From assembly GCA_963667175.2 (NCBI GenBank), contig CAXXXF010000007.1, forward strand, positions 1 through 64,000: 64,000 bases of DNA. The letters are read 5' to 3'. This DNA is from Candidatus Latescibacterota bacterium (GTDB lineage Bacteria > Latescibacterota > UBA2968 > GCA-2709665). Below the pieces are notes generated by a model that saw nothing but the letters and a program-made list of their open reading frames with translations, had not been told where the DNA came from and did not search any database. Shown here piece by piece: positions 40,249 to 49,143 of the stretch. Position 1 is the stretch's first letter. Each line of letters begins with the position of its first letter. The translations under genes and the position numbers were made by a program.

Positions 40249-41067
40249 TCAGAATTGCCCGCGGCGGAATGCGTATCGAAGTTCACCCGTCAGCAGGCGC
40301 CGTTGTTCGGGCGTCACCCGTTCGAGCAGGTCAGCGGGCGGATCGTATCGATTCCACGTCTGCATGAACGGCGGCGTGTATCCGTACACGAGCGAAACCC
40401 GCGGCCGCGCGCCCGCGTCCAGCCGGGGACCGGCGTGGATGAGCGTTTCACTCAGGATGAGCACGTCTCCGGCACGGGATTGCAGTTGCCGCGCCAGGGT
40501 TTCGTCCATGAATTCGCGCAGCGTTGCCATGGGCATACTCATGCGGTGGCTTCCCGGCACCACCCAGGTCCCCTCCCCCGGGCCGTTGCCGGTCAGGTAA
40601 ATGAAAGCTTTGCTGAACATACAGTGGTAATGTTCATCTGCGTCGAAACTGCCGACATTCGGGGCAATACCCCGGTGCCACCCTTCGTCCGCGACCTTGC
40701 ATGAGGGCGTGCCGGTGTCGGCGGGCGACTCATTCGGGTAGTTGATCAGAAATTGATGCTCTTCCAGGCGCACGTAGCCGCCGACGACCTCCTCGATGAT
40801 CGGGAGCAGCACGGGGTGCATGGCGGTCTCCAGCAGGTACGGATCATACCAGGCGCACCGTGAGAGAACGGTCAGCGTCGCGGTCTTCGGATAGCCGTCG
40901 TGCTTGTACGCGCACGCGTCATCGGCGTCCATCCTGTCCGCGAGATCGATCAGACGGCCACATTCTTCCGGGCTGAAAATCCCCTGAAGCAACACGTAGC
41001 CGTTGACGTCGAAGAAATACCTTTGCGCCGGACTCAGTCCGGAACTCGTCTTCGAGTCGGTTTCCAT
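40249..41067 (-). CDS. phytanoyl-CoA dioxygenase family protein
   Basis: FFDVNGY, WHRG, VVPGSH, AGDV, LIHAG. Confidence 0.85.
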   Translation of the reverse strand: METDSKTSSGLSPAQRYFFDVNGYVLLQGIFSPEECGRLIDLADRMDADDACAYKHDGYPKTATLTVLSRCAWYDPYLLETAMHPVLLPIIEEVVGGYVRLEEHQFLINYPNESPADTGTPSCKVADEGWHRGIAPNVGSFDADEHYHCMFSKAFIYLTGNGPGEGTWVVPGSHRMSMPMATLREFMDETLARQLQSRAGDVLILSETLIHAGPRLDAGARPRVSLVYGYTPPFMQTWNRYDPPADLLERVTPEQRRLLTGELRYAFRRGQF

Positions 41068-41304
41068 CTTACATTACCCCTTTGGCGACTCTACAAATCC
41101 TCGCGATAACCCGGCGCAACGATGTATTGACGCCAACAGACTGATTCGGCGAGGTACGATCTATTGTAACAAGAAAAGTGTGATTGCGCCAGATGAAGAC
41201 CGAACGTAAATTTCGAGTGAGACGCCGGAATCGTGTCGATCTTCGTGTGGATCGGAGATGCCGTTCCCGATTCACGAATTCCGCTACACATTGTAAGGGA
41301 TTGA

Positions 41305-42564
41305 ATGATGGCCAATGAACGTGAAAACCGGAAAATCCGGGTCGGCGTGGTCGGCGTCGGCCGCGGGCGCTCGTTTGCGCGAGCGGCCGGGGCGACCGGG
41401 ATGGGGCTTGTCGCAATTTGCGACACATGGGAAGAGCGGCTAATTGCAGAGGGTGAGGCGCTGAACGTTCGGACCTTCGTCGACTACGACGACTTCCTGG
41501 GCTGCGACATGGACGCGGTCGTGCTGGCGAACTATTTCCACGAGCACGCCCCGTTTGCCATCAAGGCGTTCAATGCCGGAAAGCACGTGATGAGCGAGAC
41601 TGCGGCCTGCCACACCCTCGGCGAAGGGGTCGCGCTGGCCAGGGCGGTCGAAAACAGCGGCAGGATTTTCATGTTCGCCGAGAACTACCCCTACATGGTC
41701 TTCAACCAGGAGATGAAGCGGCTCTATCTGGAAGGACGCGTGGGCGAGTTCAAATACGGCGAGGGCGAATACGTCCACCCGGACCCGCCCGAAGTGAAAC
41801 TGGGCCGAAGCTGCGGGCGAAACCACTGGCGCAACTGGACCCCGGCCACCTATTACTGCACGCATTCCATCGCGCCGGTCATGTACATCACCGACACCAG
41901 GCCCACCAAAGTGAATGGATTCGTGATCCCCTTCGATTTCGCCGACCCCTCGCAGACGTTGCACGTGAGGCGGTCCGACACTGCCGCGGTGATCATCTGC
42001 CGGATGGACAACGACGCGGTGATGAAGTCCCTCCACGGCGGGCTGCGCGGTCACGGCAACTACGTCCGCATCCACGGCAACAGAGGAGTGATGGAAAACT
42101 GCCGGCACGGCGACAAACAGCGGCTGCGGGTCTGGCGCGAACCGTGGGAGAAGCGCGAAAACGATCCGGTCGAAACCGTTTACAAACCCGACTTTCCCGT
42201 CCACCACGACAAAGCAACCCGCACCGGGCACGGCGGCGGCGACTTCTTCACCTCCTGGCACTTCGCCGAGGCGATCCGCACGGGCGAGCAGCCCTATCTG
42301 GATGTGTACAGGGGGATCGACATGAGCATCGCCGGCATCCAGGCGTGGCGTTCGGCGCTGAACGATTCCGCACCTTTGGAAGTGCCCGACTTCCGCGACG
42401 AATCGGTGCGCCGGAAATACGAAGACGACGACTGGTCGCCCGACCCCGCCCGCAAAAAGGCCGGACAGCCGCCCTCCAGCATCCTGGGCGACATCGAACC
42501 GTCCGACGACGCAAAGGAACTCGCCAAAACGGTCTGGGCGTCAAAGGGATACACCGCGGACTGA
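41305..42564 (+). CDS. Gfo/Idh/MocA oxidoreductase
   Basis: VGVVGVGRG, AGKHVMSE, FAENY, GHGGGD. Confidence 0.9.
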   Translation: MMANERENRKIRVGVVGVGRGRSFARAAGATGMGLVAICDTWEERLIAEGEALNVRTFVDYDDFLGCDMDAVVLANYFHEHAPFAIKAFNAGKHVMSETAACHTLGEGVALARAVENSGRIFMFAENYPYMVFNQEMKRLYLEGRVGEFKYGEGEYVHPDPPEVKLGRSCGRNHWRNWTPATYYCTHSIAPVMYITDTRPTKVNGFVIPFDFADPSQTLHVRRSDTAAVIICRMDNDAVMKSLHGGLRGHGNYVRIHGNRGVMENCRHGDKQRLRVWREPWEKRENDPVETVYKPDFPVHHDKATRTGHGGGDFFTSWHFAEAIRTGEQPYLDVYRGIDMSIAGIQAWRSALNDSAPLEVPDFRDESVRRKYEDDDWSPDPARKKAGQPPSSILGDIEPSDDAKELAKTVWASKGYTAD

Positions 42565-42720
42565 CGGCGGACCGTTGTCTCGCGCCACCTTAGGCGAGCG
42601 AGGTTCGATTGCCACTCGGGCACGCGCCCGCATCTGCAAGATGTGTCAATTTCCGGCTGGGGCGAATTGAGAATCCTGGAGGTTGGCCGCGTTGAGAAGA
42701 GGAAAGGATTCGCTGTTGCG

Positions 42721-43680
42721 TTAAAAAAGCCGGGGCGCTGCAGCGGGCCCGGACGTCGAATCGCAAATCAGGTTTTCAAGTGACTCTAATTTGTCAGGAA
42801 TCCACCGTGCGCCCCTCTCGACAAGACTTGCATTGCCCGATTTCCTGTTTTCCGTGCGTTTCACCCAGAGGGGAACCCAGCCGGCTTTCAGGTTTTCGAG
42901 CGCGCCGTTCCACGTTCCCCCCCGGTTCGGCGTACTGCTGACCACAATTCCAGCCGCGGACAGGCAATAGATGTACCGGTTTCGGCCCATCGCGTTGCCG
43001 ACATTGAAACCCGCTTCCGGATTGAAAGGGGTTACCAGCACCAGGTCACGTGAAACAAGAAACTTGCGGTACTTCGCAGATGTCGCCGCCCGGATCAGAC
43101 TGTCCGCCAGAACGCCGACGGCAGTGCCTCCGCTCTCCAGTGCGCTCACCATTGCACTCTGGTCGACCCCGCGGGCTCCGCCCGATACGACCGTATGTCC
43201 CTGCCGAGCGGTGGCGGCGCCCAGTCTCTCCGCGAAAGTAAGGTCCGTTCGGCCGGCATTTCGGGAGCCGACGACGGCGATGCCGCCGCGCGGAAGCAGT
43301 ATCTTGTTTCCGCAGCCGAACAGCACCGGTGGAGATTCCAGCCGAAGCCGGCGTTTCAATTGTACCGGATACTCCGGATCGGATTGAGCAACGACCCACA
43401 GACCCGCACGCTGCCATCTCTCGAGCGACAGACCGAACGCCCCACCACGATCCATCAGGCTCTCGAGTCTGGCCAGCGTAATCGAACGATCCATCCAACC
43501 CGAGAGCTCGTTCTTCAATTCACCCTTCAACAAGGCCGACGCATCCAGCTTGCGATCCTTCAGCCAGGCCGCGAGGCGGGCCCACTCTCTCGGCGAAAGT
43601 GGTTTCGCCGTCGCCCCTTCGGATCTTCCAAACGAAACCGTGAGAAGCATCACCACCTGGGTATGGGAATCCAGATTCAT
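42721..43680 (-). CDS. dprA: DprA/Smf-like protein (island type)
   Basis: PPVLFGCG, AVVGSR, VSGGARGVD, AMGRNRYIY, GGTWNGA. Confidence 0.88.
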   Translation of the reverse strand: MNLDSHTQVVMLLTVSFGRSEGATAKPLSPREWARLAAWLKDRKLDASALLKGELKNELSGWMDRSITLARLESLMDRGGAFGLSLERWQRAGLWVVAQSDPEYPVQLKRRLRLESPPVLFGCGNKILLPRGGIAVVGSRNAGRTDLTFAERLGAATARQGHTVVSGGARGVDQSAMVSALESGGTAVGVLADSLIRAATSAKYRKFLVSRDLVLVTPFNPEAGFNVGNAMGRNRYIYCLSAAGIVVSSTPNRGGTWNGALENLKAGWVPLWVKRTENRKSGNASLVERGARWIPDKLESLENLICDSTSGPAAAPRLF

Positions 43681-43681
43681 A

Positions 43682-43790
43682 TCAAGCTGCCATTCTTGTC
43701 GTCGATAGAGCCAGCGGCCAAACGGGACCGCTGCCGGCCATTCGAAGCAACGCTGCGATGACAGTCAACGTCCATCCGGAGTCGACGACG
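43682..43790 (-). pseudogene. C-terminal remnant of a phosphoribosyltransferase domain (RecQ-PRTase type)
   Basis: VVDSGWTLTVIAALLRMAGSGPVWPLAL is a PRPP-binding loop plus terminal strand; stop abuts the dprA start. Confidence 0.65.
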
Positions 43791-43841
43791 CAAAAAACTC
43801 GCCCTAAAGTTCTGGCGTCAAAGGGATACACGGGAGAGTGA
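43783..43841 (+). repeat. degenerate duplicate of the 3' end of the 41305-42564 gene (att-like)
   Basis: cgacgacgcaaa..aactcgcc....ggcgtcaaagggatacac...tga matches about 42504-42564. Confidence 0.75.
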
Positions 43842-43895
43842 GAGGGATCCTTCGAGATCCTGCAAGACCACAGGTACGAAAGCCGCGCAGAGCAG

Positions 43896-44045
43896 AAGAA
43901 AGGTTGGAGATGCGCCAACAGTGTGTACGATTTCTCGCTCCGACTGCTTGTTTAGTTAGGTTTATAAGGCCTAACCAAGGAAAGCAGGCGGTCTGTACCT
44001 CATTCGTATTTTATCGACGAGGCAAAAGGCGCATCTCCAATTCTT
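43896..44045 (-). ncRNA. putative DRT3 template ncRNA
   Basis: Perfect 13-bp inverted repeat (43904-43916/44028-44040), three internal hairpins, ACACAC on the minus strand at 43921-43926; starts 12 nt after the drt3b stop. Confidence 0.8.
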
Positions 44046-44057
44046 GCGTGTCGGGCA

Positions 44058-46040
44058 CTATGCGTATACGGTACCCAACTTCTTCTTTTCTATCATTTTC
44101 AGCAGACCGATACCCTTCCAGCGAACAAACCAATGCGTTTTCTCCATCTCGCGTGTGATTTTGCACGCGGTTTCCTTATTGATTGTGCCAATAGCGGAGT
44201 TTCTCCGGTTCAATATTGGCCAAACACCCATCAAGAGTTCACCCCGTTTTGTTGCGTCTATATGAGGGCATGCCAACAGGTCGAGAAGAAGGTGTGTGAG
44301 TTCGGAATTGAAGGTAAGTTCATCCGCGGCCACAATTCTCTCACAAGCCGACCGGAACACATCATCTATTCGGTCTCGAAGACTACAGTCATCTCCATAT
44401 ATAAACAGTTGCACAATCACATTGAAATAACCTGCGTCCCTGAGGTCGGGCTCCGCGACATCCATGAGCTCGGCTGTAAGCGTTCCATCGTCAGTGAATT
44501 CTCTGACGCATGCAAGGATATTTAACAGCTCGATTGGTACAATCCGGTTTCTCTTAATTAGATCTTTCACCGCCGGTGATCTTGCGAACTGATTGGTCCA
44601 CCTAACTATCGCTTCTCGTGCGATCTCAAAACCCTCAGGATCGTGGTCGACGAAGTGTTGTCCCGTTCGCAAGATTGCATGTGAGAGGTTCTGCGATGAT
44701 GCAACCGTTGGATGAAGCATAAAGTAATGGAAACCGACTTCCAAAAGAAACAAGACCACTTGCCTATAGTCCAACGTCGCGATAGCAACTCCGTTTGTTT
44801 TCCTCGTTTGAAGGTGTGAGTCCGCCAGTTCGGTGATCTGGCGATCCACAGTGCTAATGACGTAGCTCGCGACCGCATCATATCCCGCCTGAGCGGCCTG
44901 GCAGGCAGCCTTAACTTCCCGAGTAAAGCTTAGAAAAAGAGAACGCCGTTTCTTGATCCGACTTGGAACGATTAAGCGGGTACCACAATGATCAGTTTCT
45001 TTAAATATTTGATTTTCAAGGTTTTGTATACTTACATCCACCCTGTCAATCACGATAGATTTGCGCGTGTAGAAGGGTCTCTCGAGATTCTCAGTCTTTC
45101 CTTCGTTAAGGTAGAGCTTATATTCAGATAGGGCATTCCGAATTTCATCCTGAATTATAGATGTTGATTCGCGGGTGTTGGCGAAAACATAGTAGTTGTC
45201 TACGTATCGCCGACAGTCAAAGTGGGTCTTTTCAGTAAGTTTAAACTGGTTCAGTCGGTCACGGAGGTTCTGATCGACCTTGGCAAGTATAATCTCGGCA
45301 AAGAGGCGACTCGCTTCCGGTCCTATGCAAATTCCGCTGGTCTCGCCGTAGTTAAGGGATCGCATTACAAGGTCGAATTGATTCCCAAATGATCGCGCTC
45401 TTGGGCTTTTCTTTGCGGACTCTTTATCCGTTACAGCCCATGTAATCGAGTGGGTATATATACTGTCGAAACATTTGCCTATGTCTAATATAAGCATATG
45501 CTTATACTTTTTTTCAAGTTGGATGTAATCTTCCGACGAAAAGAAGCGATACAGTCGGTTATATCGTCGGTAAGTGAAGTAAGTTTCAGGGTTTCTCTCG
45601 ATATTATCGACAGCGGACGCGTCAATTGAAGCATTCTTTCGGTTGTTTTCACCCCCAATAAACGATCTGCCTATACCTACAGGCTTGCGTATCGAAAATG
45701 AGCTCCGTCCGCCAAATTCGCAAATTAGCTGATCGTACTTTTCGTAAAATCTAGCGATTTTTGCCTGCCCGTGCGGATGGATCAGGCTCAGTTTCCTGAC
45801 ACCCTCTTCATCGTGCGCGATCGCATAAATGAACGGGATTGTATAGTTCCGCTTGCAAAGGACCAGAGCACCTATCAGCTCTTTCAATTTATCGGTTTTG
45901 GCATCGCATTCCGACAGGTTCTTGTAGAAACCATCATTGCTGAAAATTATCGGCACCTCAATTGGCGCGGTGTCCGTCAATACCGTTCGCCAGACGTCTG
46001 AACGGTTAAGTCGTACACGTCTCTTGGATGGGCTAGGCAT
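44058..46040 (-). CDS. drt3b: defence-associated reverse transcriptase Drt3b
   Basis: 660 aa; PIEVPIIFSN, LDIGKCFDSIYTHSITWA, GICIGPEASRLFAE, RYVDN. Confidence 0.9.
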   Translation of the reverse strand: MPSPSKRRVRLNRSDVWRTVLTDTAPIEVPIIFSNDGFYKNLSECDAKTDKLKELIGALVLCKRNYTIPFIYAIAHDEEGVRKLSLIHPHGQAKIARFYEKYDQLICEFGGRSSFSIRKPVGIGRSFIGGENNRKNASIDASAVDNIERNPETYFTYRRYNRLYRFFSSEDYIQLEKKYKHMLILDIGKCFDSIYTHSITWAVTDKESAKKSPRARSFGNQFDLVMRSLNYGETSGICIGPEASRLFAEIILAKVDQNLRDRLNQFKLTEKTHFDCRRYVDNYYVFANTRESTSIIQDEIRNALSEYKLYLNEGKTENLERPFYTRKSIVIDRVDVSIQNLENQIFKETDHCGTRLIVPSRIKKRRSLFLSFTREVKAACQAAQAGYDAVASYVISTVDRQITELADSHLQTRKTNGVAIATLDYRQVVLFLLEVGFHYFMLHPTVASSQNLSHAILRTGQHFVDHDPEGFEIAREAIVRWTNQFARSPAVKDLIKRNRIVPIELLNILACVREFTDDGTLTAELMDVAEPDLRDAGYFNVIVQLFIYGDDCSLRDRIDDVFRSACERIVAADELTFNSELTHLLLDLLACPHIDATKRGELLMGVWPILNRRNSAIGTINKETACKITREMEKTHWFVRWKGIGLLKMIEKKKLGTVYA

Positions 46041-47265
46041 ATTTCCAACATTTGATTAGCTGATTGAGTCTGTCCGGTGGAAAGTGGAAGTGGATTCTAT
46101 TGACGAACCCACCAGTAAATGTCAGTCTGAGCAACTCCTTCCTTTGAGATTTCGAAAGTACCTGCGCCAACGGACCACAGATTTTCCCTGTATTGGAGAG
46201 AAGGACCTTTCTCAAGAACTGATCCAGCTCCGTTAAAGCCGATGAAGGCCAGCTTATCAGTCCGTATGTATGGTACACACCCGCAAATCGGACGCGATCA
46301 TTTTTCGAGTCGTGAAAACTATAGTTGCAAGTCAGTAGCTTAAGACGATCGTGTAAGTCCTTGAAATCTTGGTCCCTAATGAATTGGAGCAGAGATCGTA
46401 TCACTCGGGTTTTTCGTTTGTTGATCTTTGATCGAGCGATGTCGATTCTAACCGTTCGGTCGTATGGAATTGAGTTTCCAATCTCGTGGACTTCAAAAGA
46501 GAAACCCAAATATTCGAACCTGTGTTCGATCGTTGGATTTGGGCTACGTTTGTTGCGAAATTCAATCAATCTGGTCTTCCGCGCGTTTAATCGTAGACCC
46601 ATAGGCAGAAGGTTTGCTATTTCCTTACGGAAAGACTTAAAATCACCGTCCGGTTGTGCGACTACAATGATGTCGTCGACGTACCTACAATACAACCGTA
46701 TCAATGATTTAGTTCTAACTTGACCGTCAAAGTCTTGCATATAGAATTCGCTCAACGCAGCGCTTATTGATAAACCGCGAGGCATACCACTGACACAATT
46801 GACAGCACACTGATCGATAAATCTGCCGAGGACAAGCCTCGTGCCGGGCGCTGTGAGCAAACGACATCTCAACAGTTCCTTCAAGTTATCTTGATCGATT
46901 GTTTCGTAAAAGCTCTGGATGTCGATTTTCGCTACGCAATACGGAAGCCCCTCTTCAAGAAGTAGCCGAAGGCGTCGAACAATCTCCACCCGGTTGCTCT
47001 GTTTCGTGTTCGCTATCGTTCGGAGATTCTCGGCCGCTTTCCGCAACACAAGCTCAGACGGAAGATGAGTCAGACGGTAGACTAACTTTCCTGATACGGA
47101 GTTGGTCTGCAATCGAAGATCCGTGAACCCGTTTCTACCAATTTCAGCGGCCTTGTTGATTATGGACGTACGCTTTATCGGATCTGTAAGTGACGGGTAT
47201 CGGCGGAAGTCGCTTGTGCGTATGTGGCGTTCAAGCGAACTCGCACTGAATGTAGGATCATACAT
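46033..47265 (-). CDS. drt3a: defence-associated reverse transcriptase Drt3a
   Basis: 410 aa; IDIQSFYETI, GMPRGLSISAALSE, RYVDD, FEYLGFSF; overlaps drt3b by 8 nt. Confidence 0.9.
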   Translation of the reverse strand: MYDPTFSASSLERHIRTSDFRRYPSLTDPIKRTSIINKAAEIGRNGFTDLRLQTNSVSGKLVYRLTHLPSELVLRKAAENLRTIANTKQSNRVEIVRRLRLLLEEGLPYCVAKIDIQSFYETIDQDNLKELLRCRLLTAPGTRLVLGRFIDQCAVNCVSGMPRGLSISAALSEFYMQDFDGQVRTKSLIRLYCRYVDDIIVVAQPDGDFKSFRKEIANLLPMGLRLNARKTRLIEFRNKRSPNPTIEHRFEYLGFSFEVHEIGNSIPYDRTVRIDIARSKINKRKTRVIRSLLQFIRDQDFKDLHDRLKLLTCNYSFHDSKNDRVRFAGVYHTYGLISWPSSALTELDQFLRKVLLSNTGKICGPLAQVLSKSQRKELLRLTFTGGFVNRIHFHFPPDRLNQLIKCWKYA

Positions 47266-47546
47266 GGTTTAATTCTGGCGGACCGGACCCAAAAGCCGTA
47301 ATGTGCGAGATACCTTAAGCACTGCGCGGAATCCCAGCGTAATGATGTGTTGTGATCCAATAAAATATCTGAGCCTGTTAGTCCCCAGTACAGAGACACA
47401 TAACGGCGGAACTAAGGAAATCTATCTAATGTTGTTATCCGGCAAGGCGAACACCATTTCAACGTCACGCGCAATTACGAAATCAGAGACCCGTAGACGA
47501 GCCGACCAAATCATCGACAGACAGTGTGCGTGCAGACTATAGAGGG

Positions 47547-48464
47547 TCAATTAGCTTCGTTGCCAGCTATGCTGGCCAAGGTCGCCGCGGATACATCACA
47601 GCCTTTAGCCAAGTACCCAATTCCGGCCTCAGACAACCGCGATGTCAACTCGTCGGAAAACCAGTTCGCCAAGGTTATTGCGAATTTGCACGGGATGTCA
47701 AACTCGCAGTCGTAGTAACGCGAAAGAAATGGAACGTCATTCACAGGAACATTCGGTACTTCATCTGTGAGTTCGGCATAGGCCAGAGTCTGAATCATGT
47801 GAAGTGTGAGTCGGGTAAACCATGCCATTCTATACGCACCGACGGATAGGCTCTGTGAGCCATCGTGCATCACCAAGTTTACCAAATCATCAGGTTCTGG
47901 GAGGTTGTCATTGCCGTGAAAAACATGGTCTCTAAACCCTGCGATCAGCAGGCCGGCCTTACCAAGCAGAGTGACCTCGCTCCCCTTCAATAGCCTCCGG
48001 CGGATAGCTGTCTTGTCCGTAGCAAGGGACAGACTGATCTGGTACACCGAAGTCACCAAATCGACGTGTGCGGGTGGAACCGCATTGAGCAATTCAATTC
48101 GGGCTTTATTACCCTTGGTTGTCAGTTGGCGGCCAGACAGAGACCGATGTCGGATCAACTCGTATGCATTCCAAACAAAATGAAAACGCACGAGTTCCAG
48201 CATGTAATCATCCAAAAGGTCACTTTGCCGATTATCATAAGCTGATGCACTGGAGCAATAGGACCAAGCCTTGTAGAGGTCTGCGGCAGATGCGTCTGTA
48301 ACGACACGTGAAACAGATGCGGGTGGGAACAAGGAATTTGCCGCCGAATACCACACAGACGATTCCCCCCGCATCACGTCATGGCCTTGGAACAGCTCAA
48401 GAAGGAAGCGCATCCGGGCGGACACTGTAGCCAGTGAAACGCGATGTGCAATTTGAATCTCCAC
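47547..48464 (-). CDS. hypothetical protein with HEPN-like motifs
   Basis: FHFVWNAYE helix and R-x4-H motif RDHVFHG. Confidence 0.55.
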   Translation of the reverse strand: MEIQIAHRVSLATVSARMRFLLELFQGHDVMRGESSVWYSAANSLFPPASVSRVVTDASAADLYKAWSYCSSASAYDNRQSDLLDDYMLELVRFHFVWNAYELIRHRSLSGRQLTTKGNKARIELLNAVPPAHVDLVTSVYQISLSLATDKTAIRRRLLKGSEVTLLGKAGLLIAGFRDHVFHGNDNLPEPDDLVNLVMHDGSQSLSVGAYRMAWFTRLTLHMIQTLAYAELTDEVPNVPVNDVPFLSRYYDCEFDIPCKFAITLANWFSDELTSRLSEAGIGYLAKGCDVSAATLASIAGNEAN

Positions 48465-48708
48465 TACTCAAACCATGCCGTGATATTGATTGTAAAGCTT
48501 CCGCGAGGGAATAGGCAATAACAGGATCCTTTCCGTGCCCTCTGTAAAAATGCTGATCGCAGACGTCGGTCGGGCTCGATCGGTGAAGAATGTTGTAAGT
48601 CTTTGAGGATGGCTTACTGTCTTGTCTTTTTACATGTCGCCCGGTATCGTAGTCAATGCGATCTTCGAGGGGCTAACTGAGATGCGGATCCGTGGCACTG
48701 TCCGCCGC

Positions 48709-49143
48709 TCACCCCACACTCACCGCCCCCAACAACACCGCCGGATTCTCGATTTCCTCGTTGAATGCAGCGTTTGCGAGTTTCTGGTCGAATGTCGCCA
48801 AACTGGCCTCGCGCCGGGTCGCCGTCTCGAGATAGCTCGCGTCATATACGGTCAGGTTGTGTCTTTGCGCGAGGTCCAGGACCGCGGCCTCGTTGCGTTC
48901 CGTGTCCTCGCACAATGAAAACCCGTCGGTCAGTTGAATCAGACATGCATCGAACTGCCGTTGGTTTATCCGGTTGAAGCGCTTAGCGTTGAGCAAGACG
49001 TTCCGAATCTCATACCAGAAGATGATCGGCGTGATGCTCTCAGTGGTATCGAGGTGTTCGAGAATCGTGCGCGCAAAGTGACTATAAACTTCGTCAGGCA
49101 GTAGTTGGGCCCCCATCACCGACGCGTCGATTACGGTGGCCAT
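48709..49143 (-). CDS. vapC: PIN-domain VapC toxin
   Basis: VIDASV, WYEIRNVL, LTVYDASYLE, LATFDQKL acidic PIN residues. Confidence 0.9.
   Translation of the reverse strand: MATVIDASVMGAQLLPDEVYSHFARTILEHLDTTESITPIIFWYEIRNVLLNAKRFNRINQRQFDACLIQLTDGFSLCEDTERNEAAVLDLAQRHNLTVYDASYLETATRREASLATFDQKLANAAFNEEIENPAVLLGAVSVG

Noticed and set aside
43896-47265. Retron, group II intron or DGR interpretation of the RTs
   Set aside because: Two tandem RTs with DRT3-type motifs; structured RNA lies downstream; no VTG retron motif, intron domain V or TR/VR pair noticed
47175-47542. Small ORFs or an RNA upstream of drt3a
   Set aside because: No convincing RBS, motif, repeat or long stem found by eye
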